This document shows positions 13,883 to 27,738 of a stretch of DNA of 64,000 nucleotides, piece after piece (the stretch's first letter is position 1; every line of letters starts with the position of its first letter). Both the position numbers and the translations under genes were made by a program. Source of the DNA: Psilocybe cubensis (lineage: Eukaryota); assembly GCA_017499595.2 (NCBI GenBank), contig CM039010.1:992001-1056000 (forward strand). The letters run 5' to 3'. The notes under the pieces are model-generated. The model did no database searches, was not told the DNA's origin, and saw only the letters and a program-made list of their open reading frames with translations.

Positions 13883-15585
13883 ATGGTCTCCGCAGACAAC
13901 CTCAACCTTGATGTGCTAGAAGTCATATTCTCATTTCTGTCTGGGAATGACCTCCCTGCAGTAGCTCTGGTCAGTCAGTCGTTCCTCGTAGCGGTCATCC
14001 CGAGACTGTACCATACGATTTCATATCGGATACGTCAGGGGAAAGGTTATGCTTCGGTGAGTATTCGTTTTACGCGGAATATATTATCTCTGAGCGTCGA
14101 TGATGTAACGTACAAAGGGAGAGACAATATCACCGTTCGCGGCGGTAATAGCCCATCCGCACCTGGCTATTCACGTTCAAAACATCGGTGAGCTCGTGTC
14201 TTTCCTTTTGTATGCTTGAGGATTTGACTAAAAAACCTATTCAATCAGAGATCAGCACCGTTCCGACCGTGAAATCGGTTGTGCATCCCGTTTTCGTGCG
14301 AGAATGTAGGGAAGCTCTGCGGATATGCAAGAACCTCAAGTCATTCAAATGTATCGTGCAAAATGTTCTACCCATGTTCCTTCCGGCCTTGCAGGAGAAA
14401 GGACGCTTAAACACGCTTCGCATATACGCCAACCTGACGACAACGCAGGCAACGATGCTCGTAAATATCACGGGGTTGGAGAGTTTAAGCCTAGAATTCG
14501 CCTCCTGGAATACTGTGGATTTGCTGCCTTCTTGGAGTTCATCTTTATCTCGCACTCTCACGACGTTGTCTCTCTATGTGAATATTCCCTTGTCCTGCAG
14601 CAACATTTCAAACTCAAGCATTCGTAGATGATCAATGTACTCCATGAAGACATCTTTGCATCGGTTCTGGGTAATTTGCCAAATCTAGTGGGCCTCCACG
14701 TTGTTGGCTGCCCAAAGTTGGATCATGTTGCAATTTTCAAACATCTAACAAAGACGCCGCTTCTCGAAAATCTCTCGATAACGGTGACAGTGAGTGATTT
14801 CTTTCTGTCGGCTTTTCGGTCCTAATCTATCGATATGAACATAGGAGACCACCAAACCACTTCCACTAATTCCGCTTGCACTTCATCACCTGAGGAACCT
14901 TGCACTTGATGCAAAATACACCATGCAACCTTCTCCTGTCACGGTTTTGGCTTCTGTGTTGACGTATCTGAATTCATCGTCTCCTTCTCTGTCTTCGTTT
15001 GCCATTAAAATGCCAGAACGCAAGGTTGTCGTGGGAGAGCCATTCATTGACCTGCTGATAGACAACCACCAAAGTACCTTACGGAGACTTGCATTCCTTG
15101 ATTGCGGTGTTAGCAGAGAGTCGATCATCAAAATTTGTAAAAAGTGTCTTCGCCTGGAAAGACTAGACGTTGCAATTCCTATGAAAGAACTTGTGTGTTT
15201 CTTCCTGGTTTCAAAATTTATCCGGCTGGTTGGCTGATTAATGTCTTCCAAATAGGCTGCCTTCGCGATGAATATTTCGCATTCCCGGACATTGCGCACT
15301 ATCGTAGACGTGGATAATCATGTCGATCATAGCATGCAACCAACACTCACACATGACACCGTGAGGCTCATGATGATCCAATGCCGTAGCCTTATGCGCA
15401 TCGTCACAAATCGCAGGATCTGGACTGTGAGAACTCCCGGATGCATTCTGTCGTTTTACTTATGTCCTGATATCCTGCCAAATTTTTTTCAGGGCAAAGT
15501 TGACGCCAATAACAACGTAATCGTATCGCTTGAAAAGCGCCCTTCGCGCCGACATGGCTCGCTTTGGTTTATGCCCCGAGATTAA
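13883..15585 (+). CDS. F-box / LRR (RNI-like) protein, multi-exon
   Basis: N-terminal NLNLDVLEVIFSFLSGNDLPAVALVSQSF F-box followed by LxxLxL repeats across ORF pieces 14188-15585. Confidence 0.8.
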
Positions 15586-15727
15586 TCCCCGGGAATATGG
15601 ATTTCACCAGGTGAAACGATGAAGGATTTATCACATTTTTTTGTACGTCTAATCTAATATTGCTACATGTAGTCTTCCGGTTCCTCTTGCAATCTAGTAA
15701 TATGATACAAATCAGAAACAAAGAGAA

Positions 15728-16409
15728 TCATTTTCGTAATCCGAGTCTCGAGTCGTCGTTTTCATTGTAAAGGGTGGCACACCCAACTGCACCTGCCACA
15801 CCTAGTGCGACTACAAGTTTTGATCGATTTTGCTATGGATACAAAAATGAGTTAGATTCAAAATTTAATGAACTCAAGACGCTGTCCTACCTGGCTGTCT
15901 GACTGTGAGTGATGGTGGTAACGAGTGATCCGGGCGGGACCCTCAAACATTTGCACCAAGGGCTCTGATGAACTAAAAGTGCGGGCCGAAGATGCTTGGG
16001 CTCTTCGAGGATGAGGTTGTGGGGCAAGCCCTGCATCTCGCATCCGTCGCTGAAATGCCAAAGCCTCGTTTTTTGGGCGAGCCGGACCATCGAAGACAAT
16101 AGGTGACGGCAGTGGGGTAGGGCTTGATCGTGATGATCCTGCCGACCATTCGGTTGTGGGCGTTTGGGGGGTGGCTTTTGCCTTTGTGACTGTCTTGTAC
16201 TTGTCGCGAATAAATTCGCTCGACTCGGACAGCCTTGTAGGAGCGTCGAAGATGTCGAAGATGGGTTGTAGTGAGATTTCTTCGAACTCTTGTTCTGCTA
16301 GAGCAGATGGGGAGACGACCGCTGCGTGTGTTGTAATTGAAGAGTGGATCTGCCTAGAGTGGCGGCAGGCAACAGAGAGAGCGCGGCGGTTGGCAGTTAT
16401 GGCAGACAT
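15728..16409 (-). CDS. Hypothetical protein, possibly mitochondrial, 2 exons
   Basis: ORF 15858-16421. Arg/Ser-rich N-terminus, repeated (I/V/M)FD/EGPAR motif, and a spliced last exon with hydrophobic LVVALGVAGAVG ending at TGA 15728. Confidence 0.65.
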
Positions 16410-18459
16410 TATCACTGGCAAAATAGGTGAAGAGGAAGTAGGTCCTCCAGAGATTCATTAGAGTTTATATAATCTTTCAACCCTAGGGATATTAACTCGA
16501 TTGACTCTGAGTTACACGATCGAGCCATGGAAATCTATGGAAATTCCTCGCAGCGCGCTGAATACAGGCATGGGGAAACCGAACCGAAGTTGGAAAGCGT
16601 GGAGAGACAAATCAGTGTCCTTGATGGACATGTCTATCTAATCAACAGCCATTTATGACTTTTGAAGCTGATTTCGAAGACGTGTCTTGAGGCAGAAAGT
16701 TAAGAATAGCTTTGAAGCGCCCAATTAGGCGAAAACGGTGGTGGGTTGTCGTGGACACGCATCATACATCTTGGGTAATCATGCACCTCCTCACACTCCG
16801 GGAGAAAAAAGGCGGACATGGAGCGGAGTTAGAGGATGAGATGCATAGTACCGGTACTGTCAGGTGCTGGATTAAACTTCCATGGTATAAACTGGTCTTG
16901 GCAGTTCGTCACTGAGAAGTAATAGTCCTCGCTTAAGAGCTCCGCCATTGCGAGTCAAGGTATAGGCTCGTAATACCAAGCCTTTCGGTACAGTAGTCGG
17001 GCCTCTTCTCGGGGCACAGCCTTGTAGACTTCCGTTAATTAGAGAAATGTATGGGCAGGTCAATACGTCGTCGGTGGCATCCGCTCAAACGCCACAAAGG
17101 AAAGATAGCCCTGACAATTGTCCATGGATTAACAGAGATACACGTTTAAAAATAATACGCAGCTGCGATGAAGAAAGACGATATACTGCAGATTGCGATA
17201 TGCTGCGATCTCCTGTGATAGCTGGAGAAACTGATCTCTTGGCACAAACGACATTATCATCTCGTTAGATGGAAGCGCAGTTTTCATCCATGAGAAACGG
17301 CTCTAACGCGAAAAACTCACGAGACAGTATAATTAAAGGTTCTGCATAAGACGTATGTGCACTAGTATGGACGCCGTAGGGCTGTGCTCGCATAGATGGT
17401 TCGAAATTCACTTTGTAGTCCATATGGGAAAGGAGGATGATTCGATCCGACTGAACTTATGACAAGTTTAGTCCAACCAACGAATCAGGACCAACAGATT
17501 GTCGACAAGTTAACTTGTAAAGACCGTTGGTGTGGGACATTATACAGTTTGTAACTCCAGAGAAGTCGCCGGTATCCGTTAGTTTAGAGAGCTATTCCAT
17601 GCTGAGAAAGATATTGTTCATTTGCATTTACTCCAGCTGACTCCAGATTAACAAATGTTGACAGTGATCTTGGGGTAACTTTAATCAAAAGCGAGTAGCA
17701 GAACAGATATATAGACCAAAGTTGGGCTAAAGCACAATAGGAACAATGTACAAGACAGTCGGGATGTGGAGAAGAGAAAGCAGGAGAAGGTGGGAGCTGG
17801 GTGGGAGTGGACAACAAGGTTACCGTGGGAAATGACTAAGTAAACCGTGATGTGTCTGTAATTGGCAATCGATTCACCGCCGGTAAAATCTCACTCCTGC
17901 TCTTCAACGAATCACATTTTGGAGCCGACACTTGGAGTTTATGTCTTCTCTTGCTGTGCTTTCTAGAACTTCTACCACTCGTCTCAGAGGTTTACATCTT
18001 TTTCTCTCTGTCATGCACGCGAAACAATTTGGGAAACAGACTATTTCTCGAAATTGTTGTTTCAAGGTGAGCTCCCTCTTCACTTGATTTCCAATTACAT
18101 TCCTAAGTTTCAAGGCTTTTTGATAGCTTGGTTAATACGCCCTTAATTCATGAATTCCAATGTTTTCAAGAGTTTCGATCCTCAGGTTTTCACTTGTGAT
18201 TCACGCTCAGTATTTTTCCGTGTGCCGAAAGCAATTTTTGGCCTTGCTGCAGACATGCTGCATACACGTGGTAGATGATCCAGGTCTGACGGACGGGCCA
18301 GTCACTACGGGTTCATGAATTGTCACCCCGTTATCGCTGCACGCTAGTGCATGTTCTATCACACCTTTCACATTCACCGCATGAGGTCGATGAACTGACT
18401 CTTCAAATACTAACTGCTGACGGACCCCTTGTTATTCTACCTCATCTCTTCACTACAAC

Positions 18460-21027
18460 ATGACCTCGTATTTCGACGATCCCGACTCAGAGATCCGTCC
18501 CTTACCGCAGTGCGGCTTCGGTGCGGACGTTGATTTCAATACCCTAATCCAATCGAATCGTTTCCTTTTCCGCGTGTACACACCGAAAGAAAGGTCGCCA
18601 TTCTATGATGATACTGAACCTTTCTTTGTTGCTCCACGATTCGACGAGCAGTTTGTTCGCTCTCCAGTAGATCTTCCGAAGGTCAAGTTCTCCGAGCCAT
18701 TCATCGGCTCGTATGCCGACGTTGCCCGACATATGGAATGGACAACAAGATCGACATCATCCTATATCTCGACATCCTTCAGTTTCAGCTGGTCTATCTG
18801 GGAAGCCGTCAGACGGTATTATCAAGGGGTAAAGAAAGATGTCGAAATCGCTATCATCGATTCAACAGCTCTCGGAGGTAGAGCAGCTACGGCAATCCAG
18901 CTAATGCAGAAAAGTACTCCTTCAGAGTGAGTGTTTATACTTTTGATATTGCAATCTTCTGACCGTTTTGGTTCCAGGCGAACGGAACAATACTGGAAAT
19001 GGTACCGTTTCTCGCAGGATTCCCAGTCAGTCCTCGTGTATGGGATGATTCCCCGGACAGCAGTCCTAGCTTCAGTACCTCTTATCCAGATTCTCCGAAA
19101 GATGCCATCGTACTTCCTTCGACAGGATGTCCAAATCATCTCTGGAAACCCTTTAGACTTGGTTGCGTGGAATTTTGCTCTACGCAAACACAACTACCGC
19201 CAGTTTTGCCAAGACATGTCAAAACTGTTCCTCGCACGACCTGCTGAAGTAAGGTTGCGAGACTCAACAGCTGGCTGCGTCAGACTGGCGCTATCATTCC
19301 TCCGACCGTTCTTTCATCGTGTGGTACAGAGTGACTTCGAAATCGCCATCAGTTATCTCCGCAACCTTTCCATTACGATTTCCCAATGGCCCGGCGGCGA
19401 ATGGCTCAGAGACCACAAGGAAATCCGGAGAATCATAGACTCGATGGTCCTCGCTCTGGCAGAGGAACTCAGAGAGAAATACCTGGACGAGAAACAGGAG
19501 GAAATGGCACGTTTGCAATTGGTTATCAACGGGCTTCAGCAGGAGGTGGATGCACAGAAGGCCAATACAACCATTCTCCACCTGAACCTCGTGGACGATG
19601 ACTCAGATGACGAATTTGCAGTTGATTTCGGGGAGTCCGAGGAGCCAACGCTGGTAACCCCAAGTGTGCTCCCGATCGTGGAGAAACCGTCCTCTTTGTA
19701 CATACCCATTGTTACGGTGCAGCCTCGTATCCCACCTGCCTTCCAAACACCTATCACGCCGCCAGAGTCGCCCCGAAACTCGCTTTTTGTGACAGCGGTA
19801 TCGGGGTCTGTTAATAATGTCATACCAAGTCCTCTTGCGAAGGAATATGTGGATGACGTTGGCCAAGCAAGCAATGAAGTTGTGCCTGTAGAAGCGCCGC
19901 TATCTGCGGTTTCAGAGGAGCCGGCCTCTCCTCCGCCCACCCCGCCTGTTCATTCAACAATTCTCCCGCCAGTTTCCCTATCTCCCATCGAAGAGGAAGC
20001 TTTTTGTGAAGAAGAAGAGACTCCCAATGGCCAAGAATGGATAGATTCATCTAGCAAGGATCTTGTCGACCAAACTCTAGAACTATTGCAGGATGATGCA
20101 GGATGTGCCAATAAGCACGATACCAGTGACCCACTTGCGCAGGAAAATCTTCATGGCGAGGTGTCTGTCGACGCACTACATTATGGAGATGACCTTTCAC
20201 ACACAGAAGATGAGGACGATGGGGAAGAAACAGAACTTGAGCCAGAGACTGAGCACGAACATTACTTGCCCCCCACTTCTTCCAACTCCTGGGCTATGAT
20301 CCACCACGTTCGTCCCAAAGTGTCGTCTTTCTCTTCCACTCATTCCTCTATCGCGTCCATGGACACCTTGATCGATCCAGGTGAAGGTTCATTCCATTTG
20401 AAACGGCTTTCCATCACTTCAGCGGATTCGTTCGAGTTTGTGCCACCTTATTCGTCCTTCCGCTCATTCAACATTCCATCTCAAACTGTTTCATTTTCTG
20501 AACCTCCTTCGAGAGCTCCCTTGACTCCGATATTGAACCCTGTCGATATTCCTTTGCCACCGTCACCCATACCTTCTTTGGACTCGATATGCTTGACGTC
20601 GTCGCTATCATCTGCTTCATCGCACCTCTCATCCACGCCCGCTTCTCCGAGATCTCAAAGTGCTTCCCTGGAGTCGCGTTCCTCGTCCCCCTCTCCGTTG
20701 GCTCAACACTCAGTCCAATCGTCGACCCATTCTTCCCCTCATTCGTCACCCTCTTCAGCAACAACTCCTTTGCCATTGGAGCTTCATTTACCCGTCATCC
20801 CCGCCGCTCTGTTGATTCCGCCTAAAGCTCGAATCAGTCTGCTTTCACCGCTTCCAGAAGCCCACGACGTAGACGACGAGGATGAGGACGATCCCAAGTC
20901 AAAGGGTGTCCGCCCGACCAGAGTTGTTGAAACGGCGTCCTACCTCGTCGGTGGGTTTTTAGTTGGTGCTTTCATCACGCTTTTTCTCTTTTCGACGCAA
21001 CGCAGGCAGTTGCTTGCTCTGACTTGA
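18460..21027 (+). CDS. Hypothetical protein: N-terminal DUF7587/ART-like domain, long low-complexity region, C-terminal TM helix
   Basis: ORFs 18460-18930 and 18931-21027 joined by an intron at ~18927-18978. Motifs FLFRVY, YISTSFSF and VLVYGMIP; tail YLVGGFLVGAFITLFLF. Confidence 0.8.
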
Positions 21028-21355
21028 TGCCCTGATAATTTTTTTTTCTGATTTCGTTCATGGGTTTACATGAAGCCAGTTCTTTGTTCTGCTTTCGAGC
21101 AGCTTGTAGCTTATTTATGACATTCGAGGTTTGTATTTTTCTCCAATCTTTCAAAGTTTTCCTTTGTTCTTCGTTCTTCGAACTAGATTTGGATACATTT
21201 GATATAGCATACATCCACACTTGTATCACTTTCTGTACAACACCCGCACCGGGCCCTGTCGTGTACCAACCATTAGCTGTACAACAACACATATGTAACA
21301 ACCCTCTATGCCACAACCAATATATGCAACATATGCTCTCACATTATACAGTCGT

Positions 21356-22253
21356 TCATTTGCGGATCGCATATATGAAACCATCGTAGCCTTTCTCGCT
21401 GACTGTTCCGATGGTCGTGGCTTCAACGTCCTGATCGTCTTTAAGAGCATGGAGGAGCCGCCGCACGCCCTCAACGTTGTTGTCCGAGTATTCGGGGTCG
21501 GCGACGCGACCATATCGGACCACGTTGTCTACAATCTACAACGGAATGAGTTCATTTCGATGCAAATGAAGGAGTGGACGCCAGTGGATTCATTCTGTTA
21601 TAGAAACACTTACAATGACACCGCCTGGCCGAACGAGGCGTTTTGCTTCAGTGAAGTATATGAGATTTGACGGCTTGTCTGCGTCAATGAATACAAAGTC
21701 GAAGGGCTCTTTGGCATCCAGCTTGGCCAAAGACTCCACGGCCGGACCAACAACCACAGAAATTTTATCTGCGAGACCTGCCAATTTAATGTTATCAGTA
21801 GCCACCTGTCAAAGTAACCTCAGCTTAATATCAAGCAATGCATTGGGTAGCGGTATAATGAAGTTACCTTGGCATGTTGTGGGTTCAATTCTAGCGTGGT
21901 GACACTTCCGTCTGAAGGAACCCCACGACCAATCCAAATGGTGGAATATCTGTCAGTCAAAACACCCAAATTCGACGCTCAACTGTTTCAGCTAATCATA
22001 CAGAGGGTGCAACTACCCACCCGCCGAGCGTTCCGATCTCCAAGACTCTTTTTGCTCCAGTGGTCTTGACGAGCAGGTTCAAGAATTTGCCCTGAGCAAC
22101 GGTCACTGCGATATCAGGCAACCCTTGCTCATGATTGTTCTTCACCACCGCGTCCAAAATATCGTCTTTAGGTATCAAAAACGAATTGTGGTATTCATCT
22201 GAACGCGTCCACTCTTCAAGAGATGTATGAAAATAAGTCTGTCGTCCGGCCAT
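21356..22253 (-). CDS. O-methyltransferase family 3 (caffeoyl-CoA / catechol OMT-like)
   Basis: QGKFLNLL, VLEIGTLGG, FDFVFIDADK, IVDNVVRYG and KGYDGFIYA motifs across exons. Confidence 0.92.
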
Positions 22254-22711
22254 AGTTCTGAAGCAAGAAATCAAGAGATAATATAACGCAGGAGAGAGAA
22301 AATTGACGATGCGAAAGCTACAAACTTGGGTAGCAATTTATAGATCTAGGGGTGATGAGGAGCTATAATAAGATATGGCGTAATCTTCTTGGAAAGTCAA
22401 TCTGCTGCGATTATCTGATAACGAAGAAGTAGGTGACTGCGCTTGAAATGATTCCCTGGTCGGACGTGCAGAAGCTCAAACCGTTCGCGTCTAACTGTAT
22501 TCAAGTTGACAGTCAGACGACTGCGTAAAAGCACCCGATAGTACCAATCAATACAATCTGAGTCATGAACAATTGCAAGACTTGTCTGATTATTACTGTG
22601 CATGTATCATACCATACAAATCCCGCCAAACACGGATCCTCGAGGGTGGATTAATCGCCTGTGAAAGTTAGGATGCGAGAAATTTATGGCAAAAGCAGTG
22701 ACCAGCCTCTC

Positions 22712-24364
22712 CTACATAACCCAATCACGAACCCTTCGAGCCTCCGCCGCTCTTCGATCTACAACTTCTCGGATTTCCGGGCCCCATAGTTCAGCGGGTG
22801 TTGTTGTCGTTGACGCTGATCCATCAGGATTCCATAGCGCATTCACATGCTTGTCGGCATCGTTGAGTTCGAAGACGACACAGTTCTCGATGCTCAACGG
22901 GCGGGTAGGATCCCAGCGAACAAGCGTTGGCCTTGAAGGGATATCATAAGGAGGAACGACTGAGCGACCTCTGTGCAAATCTTCAAAAATCAGCGCCACG
23001 TCGTCTTCGTCAATCGGTAGTTTGCTGCAAAAATCGTTGGCAAAGTTGTCCAATTGAGAAATAGTCCAACACATACTTGATTTGATGACCAGCAATTTTA
23101 CATTCTCTCTTCAGCAAATCTCGATACATTCGTTCATAGAGTTTCTTCCTATTCTTGATCGGCAAGGGGTTTCCAATGGGCTTTTCGGCCAACTCGCAAA
23201 GAACATAGGTGGCGATGTTTAGTCCAAAAATTGACGGCAAAGGGCCCAATACAGGTAGGATGCGAACACGGAAATCGTCGAACACTCCCAGTTCTTTGAC
23301 CGGTCCCTTCTGGAACTCCTCCTCTGGTAGCGGTAGCAATTTGACGTCACCCGGTACTTCGGTGGAGTAAACGACAGGGATTCCCGAATCAACACCGAGA
23401 AGTCGTAAACGTCGGCGAACAGAGCGTGCCAGAGGGTCATATACTGTGTGAGAGATGTCGCTGATTTGAATTCGGGTAGGATCGCATTTGGCACCGGATC
23501 CCATCGAAGAAAAGACCTAATGCGTAGCTACTCTCAGTTCAAAGTTCTTCGCAGTGCATGAAGGGTTTGACCTTTATTTTGTTATCGTAGCAGTATTTCA
23601 GCAGGTCGACCTTGGTCTGGATATTGTCAATGGCATCTTAAAGGACAAATTAGCAATGCAAAAGGAGGAGTACAAAATCCCTTACCAATAACCCAGTCAG
23701 CATCCTCCAGCAAACGTCCTCCCTCCTCCTTTCTCCAAATCTCAATTCTCGAGTCAACCTCAACCCATTTTGCAATCTGCTTAAGTGTCTTTTCGATGCA
23801 TTTCACTTTTGGTGTGCCCACGTCCACCAGCGTAGCCGTAGCGTGTCGGTTGAGCGAGGACAAAGTGACGTAGTCAAAGTCCACTAAACGGATGTTCGAG
23901 ATGCCTCTGCATTTTGAATATGAGGGTCAGAGACAAAAGTCAACGTCTATATTTGAGACCCACGATCGTACAAGCATCACAGCTGCCCAGCTTCCTACTC
24001 CTCCGCACCCAACGACAACCACGCGGCCCTTTCGGATTTTCGCCATACCTTCATCGCCGAAGAACGCGTAATTTCGCGCGAGTTGTTCTCGGATGAGGTC
24101 TTCGTCGTAGTCCAGACTGCTCCCATTTGCACGGCTTGTAGATTGTAAGTTCAGTTGCGATCTGAATGCCTGAGACTCGACGTCTTCGCGGTCAATTTGC
24201 ATAGAATCTAGCGCGGAAATGGAGCGCCGGACTTCATCGTCAAGCTCCTTCCTCCGTGTCCGTCTAATGTGGGTATTATAAGCATGTACAAGGCCAGCTG
24301 TCGCCAGAGAGGCGGCGACGGCAGTAGCAACGAGCTGAGTTCTATGAGAGAGGTTCAAGGTCAT
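22712..24364 (-). CDS. TCD2: tRNA threonylcarbamoyladenosine dehydratase (ThiF/E1-like, yeast TCD1/TCD2 homolog)
   Basis: EQLARNYAFFG, VVVVGCGGVGSW, DFDYVTLSSLNRH, DPLARSVRRRL and RVRILPVLGPLPSIFG; N-terminal membrane anchor. Confidence 0.88.
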
Positions 24365-24451
24365 GGCAGTTGTATTTAAACTTTTTCATGCAATAAACCT
24401 CCGCCATCAAATTCTTAATTTCAAATTCCCAGCCTCGGTCTTGACTTTGTA

Positions 24452-24554
24452 CAGTTGAACCCCTCTTAACCCATACCTCTCGGTGGACGGCTCAGGGTAT
24501 GGGTTACCAGGGGTTATGGGTTTTGAGAGGTATGGGTTAAGAGGGGTTCAACTG
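24452..24554. mobile_element. 103-bp MITE (Tc1/mariner/pogo-type) with 30-bp perfect TIRs and TA target-site duplication
   Basis: TA|CAGTTGAACCCCTCTTAACCCATACCTCTC (24452-24481) ... GAGAGGTATGGGTTAAGAGGGGTTCAACTG (24525-24554)|TA. Confidence 0.9.
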
Positions 24555-25235
24555 TACATACTTCAAAAGTCAAAAGGGGCCGACGCTCTACTTCTGACTT
24601 GCTCATTTCTGAAAGCCCAATTCAGGAATCCGTATCTTCTCCAAACGTAACGCATTCTCCTGAAAGTTTGATCTCAATACTTTCCTATACTGATTTTCTC
24701 GTCAGGTTCCGCAAACTACCCCACACCGTATGTAGAGTGGCACAAGACACACCAACTGACACTTACAAGCGCATACAACGGGTTAAGAGCGAGCGTGTCG
24801 CATTAGAACTTGAAGATTGTGACAACATCGCCTGTGACGAAGCACTATAGTTGACATCCACCACAGTGACCCCATGTCGCCGCTCTTCTCTCAAATCCCG
24901 CTACGTATACATTCCAGCTTCACCTTCATCCTCAGTCAGCACAGATGAATCTTTCATACGGTAGAAAAAATATTTATAGGGCCCTGGCCCTACTCGCCGT
25001 CTCAGTCAAAATATGCATGACTGAGGTGAGCCAGAACCACATCCTTCGCCATTTGTGTCTATTCCTTACTTACTGTACCACGGCGTGATATGTGGCCTTC
25101 AAATGTCACCGTTATCTAGGTCTGGGTTTCTACAAAAACTTGTTTCATAATCAGTAATGTTTACTATATATCCAGTACTTACACTTTTCGATGCATGGTA
25201 GCATATTTACAAGATATAATACATAGTATTTTTTA

Positions 25236-27047
25236 CTATTTTGCTTTGAATAAGTAATGTCCAAGACCCCACCTTCAACGATGTCAAAATTGATACATGG
25301 AAAACAGAAGAATAAATAGCTCACTGTTCCCCTCCATCCATATTGAACAACTCAGAACATGCCATATAAAAGACACGAAATCTAATGAACCGCTCATTGT
25401 GAGCTGGAATAACCAACGATAGAGATAAAGACCTTACCTGTGAAATGTCTTCTTCCCTTCAATAGGATCGTGGCCTTTTGCCGCGGCATCTTTCTGGAGT
25501 CCTTTGAGCCCCTCTGCTCATACGTTACAGTTATCAGACATATGGAACACGAAAAAGCCAGAATGCGCGCGCCTACCCTTTCCGTTTCTGTCCTGAAGCT
25601 GAAGCCAATGTTCAAGTGTACGCGAGTAATGTGTTCCAGGTAGGTACCAGCTTCGAATTAAAGTCAAGTCCGACTGGAAGTATAACTATAGATAATGCGA
25701 TCAGAATATGGACCGTGAGTGTAAGTTTATAGAAACTCACAAATAGGTCATGCGATGGCATAGTTCCACCTTGCAATAAATCCGAAAACTAAATTTTGAC
25801 CCTTTGCTATCAAACGAGCAACGTACCTGAGAAGAAGTTCTTCGCCATCCAGCCATCATCTTCTACAAAATGATATGGTGTTGTTTTATGGCAGAAGATA
25901 TGAACGAAAAAAAGTGATTCGTCAGAAGAATCGCCTTTCTGGGATGTAGGACGTAGCCATGTAGAGATTTTCTTGAAAAGAACCTGGTAATTCTTCATAT
26001 GCTCAAGCATCTTTCAATTAAAAGCGAGCTGTTGAGTCGGGACTCAGACTGGTGTATCAAGTTCAGCGCACCTCGATGCTCAAAATTCTATCAAATCTAT
26101 GCAGACAGTATGAGTTATCATGATTAAAAACTCAAATTGTGAACAAACCGTATCGAGCTATCAAAATCGTGTGTATTGACATCTGCTGTGATGATCTACT
26201 CAGAGAAATGATCAGTGAAATGGGGGGGGGGACCGCTGTTGACGTCGAAAGTGTACCGTGATGTTGGTCAAACCCCGTTCCTTAGCAGCAAAATCGATAT
26301 GCTGTTTCTGGGTCGCCGAGTTTGACAGGCCCGTGATACGTGAATTAGGGTATTTCTGGGGAAATGAACGAGTAAGCGATAGTTCAACGCGCATATAATC
26401 CGCCAAAACTCGAAAGACTGACCTCTGCCAGAAATAATGATAGGCTTCCCCAACCTAGGATAACATATATTGTTTTGGCCTGATAATTGCTTAGGGGTAA
26501 GAGCGGGGCGCACCGCAGCCTAAATCCAAGATGTCTAGTCCGTCCCGCAATTGGGCTTTGGTACAATAACTCTCCAGCATAAGCTTCTCGGCTTCGGCCA
26601 GTGATTCTCGTCCAGTAGGATACAAGCACGACGAGTATTTCCCATACGGACCAAGAGTAGATAGGATGAAATCCGTGGCAACCTATGGAGCAGCGAACCC
26701 ACACACGCGTTCAACCATCAGAACTGATGTAAGTTTCCAGAATTCAACATCGGCATACTTCATAATGCTGTTCGTTGGCTTTCTCGGGCACTTCGGCGAT
26801 GGTGGTGCGGTTGCGCACGTCTTCGATGAACTTCATCTTGGCTGCATGGTTTGCTTCCAGTGAACCAGCGTTGATCTCGCGCAGACGTTGGCGTAGAAGA
26901 AGACGTATCGCTATACGAAGAATGAAATCTGGGACCAACCCCTGACGCAAGTGACTGAGATTAGCACCGTGCACATCGTCTCTGAAGAGCGCGTTGAGTA
27001 CATACCCTATCGAGCAGGTTGTATCCAACTTCGAGGACAGAGTCCAT
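25236..27047 (-). CDS. SAM-dependent methyltransferase, CMAS / coclaurine N-methyltransferase family, copy 1
   Basis: KANEQHYEV, LGPYGKYSSCLY, ILDLGCGWGSL, EMLEHMKNY, GWMAKNFF, GGTMPSHDL and FRVFYMACSELF; many short introns. Confidence 0.9.
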
Positions 27048-27738
27048 TGTGAAGGAGTAATGATGAGGCAGGAAGAAATGGAAGTCTGTGGGCACGCTAC
27101 TGTTCGGTTCTGGCTATTAAGAGGGCTTTATATATAAGCAGTGATGAATGATGTGTGGGCAGTGTGAATCCGGGTCCTTCGTGAAAGAAGTTGGGATGAT
27201 GATCGTCGATCGCGGCCCGTTCCCATGTTGCTGATGAGGCTGGCATCGTGAGATGTATAGCAACGCCATTTTCAATTTGTCCCTAGTAATTGCAGCTGGC
27301 TCAAGAGTTGGATGGGATGATAAAGCAAAGACTATGAGTTCATAATCGTGGTTGTGATTGAAGGAATGAAAGCGTACTGCACCGTAAACTCCGCCAAGAT
27401 AAGATTGGCACTTGTTCGTTTGCCGACGCCCATCGAATTTCGTAAGCATCTCGCGTAGGGACAATTACTTGTAGACATTGATTTTGACGGTCAACACGGC
27501 GAATCTGGCCTCTTGTGGAGTCACACTCATCTCCTGGGGTAATAGCAGGCTTTGAAGTATATTAGATCGTATTTACTGTATATATGGTGCTTACACCATA
27601 TGCTCCTATTTTCTCTTAGCTCGTTCCAGCATAAAACTCTACAGGTATCAAATAAAAAAACTGTGCTTGTGGTGGGATTCAGAAGCGTGATATACGATTG
27701 TAGATGGGATCACCACGGGTATTGCTTGGTGTTTGTCC

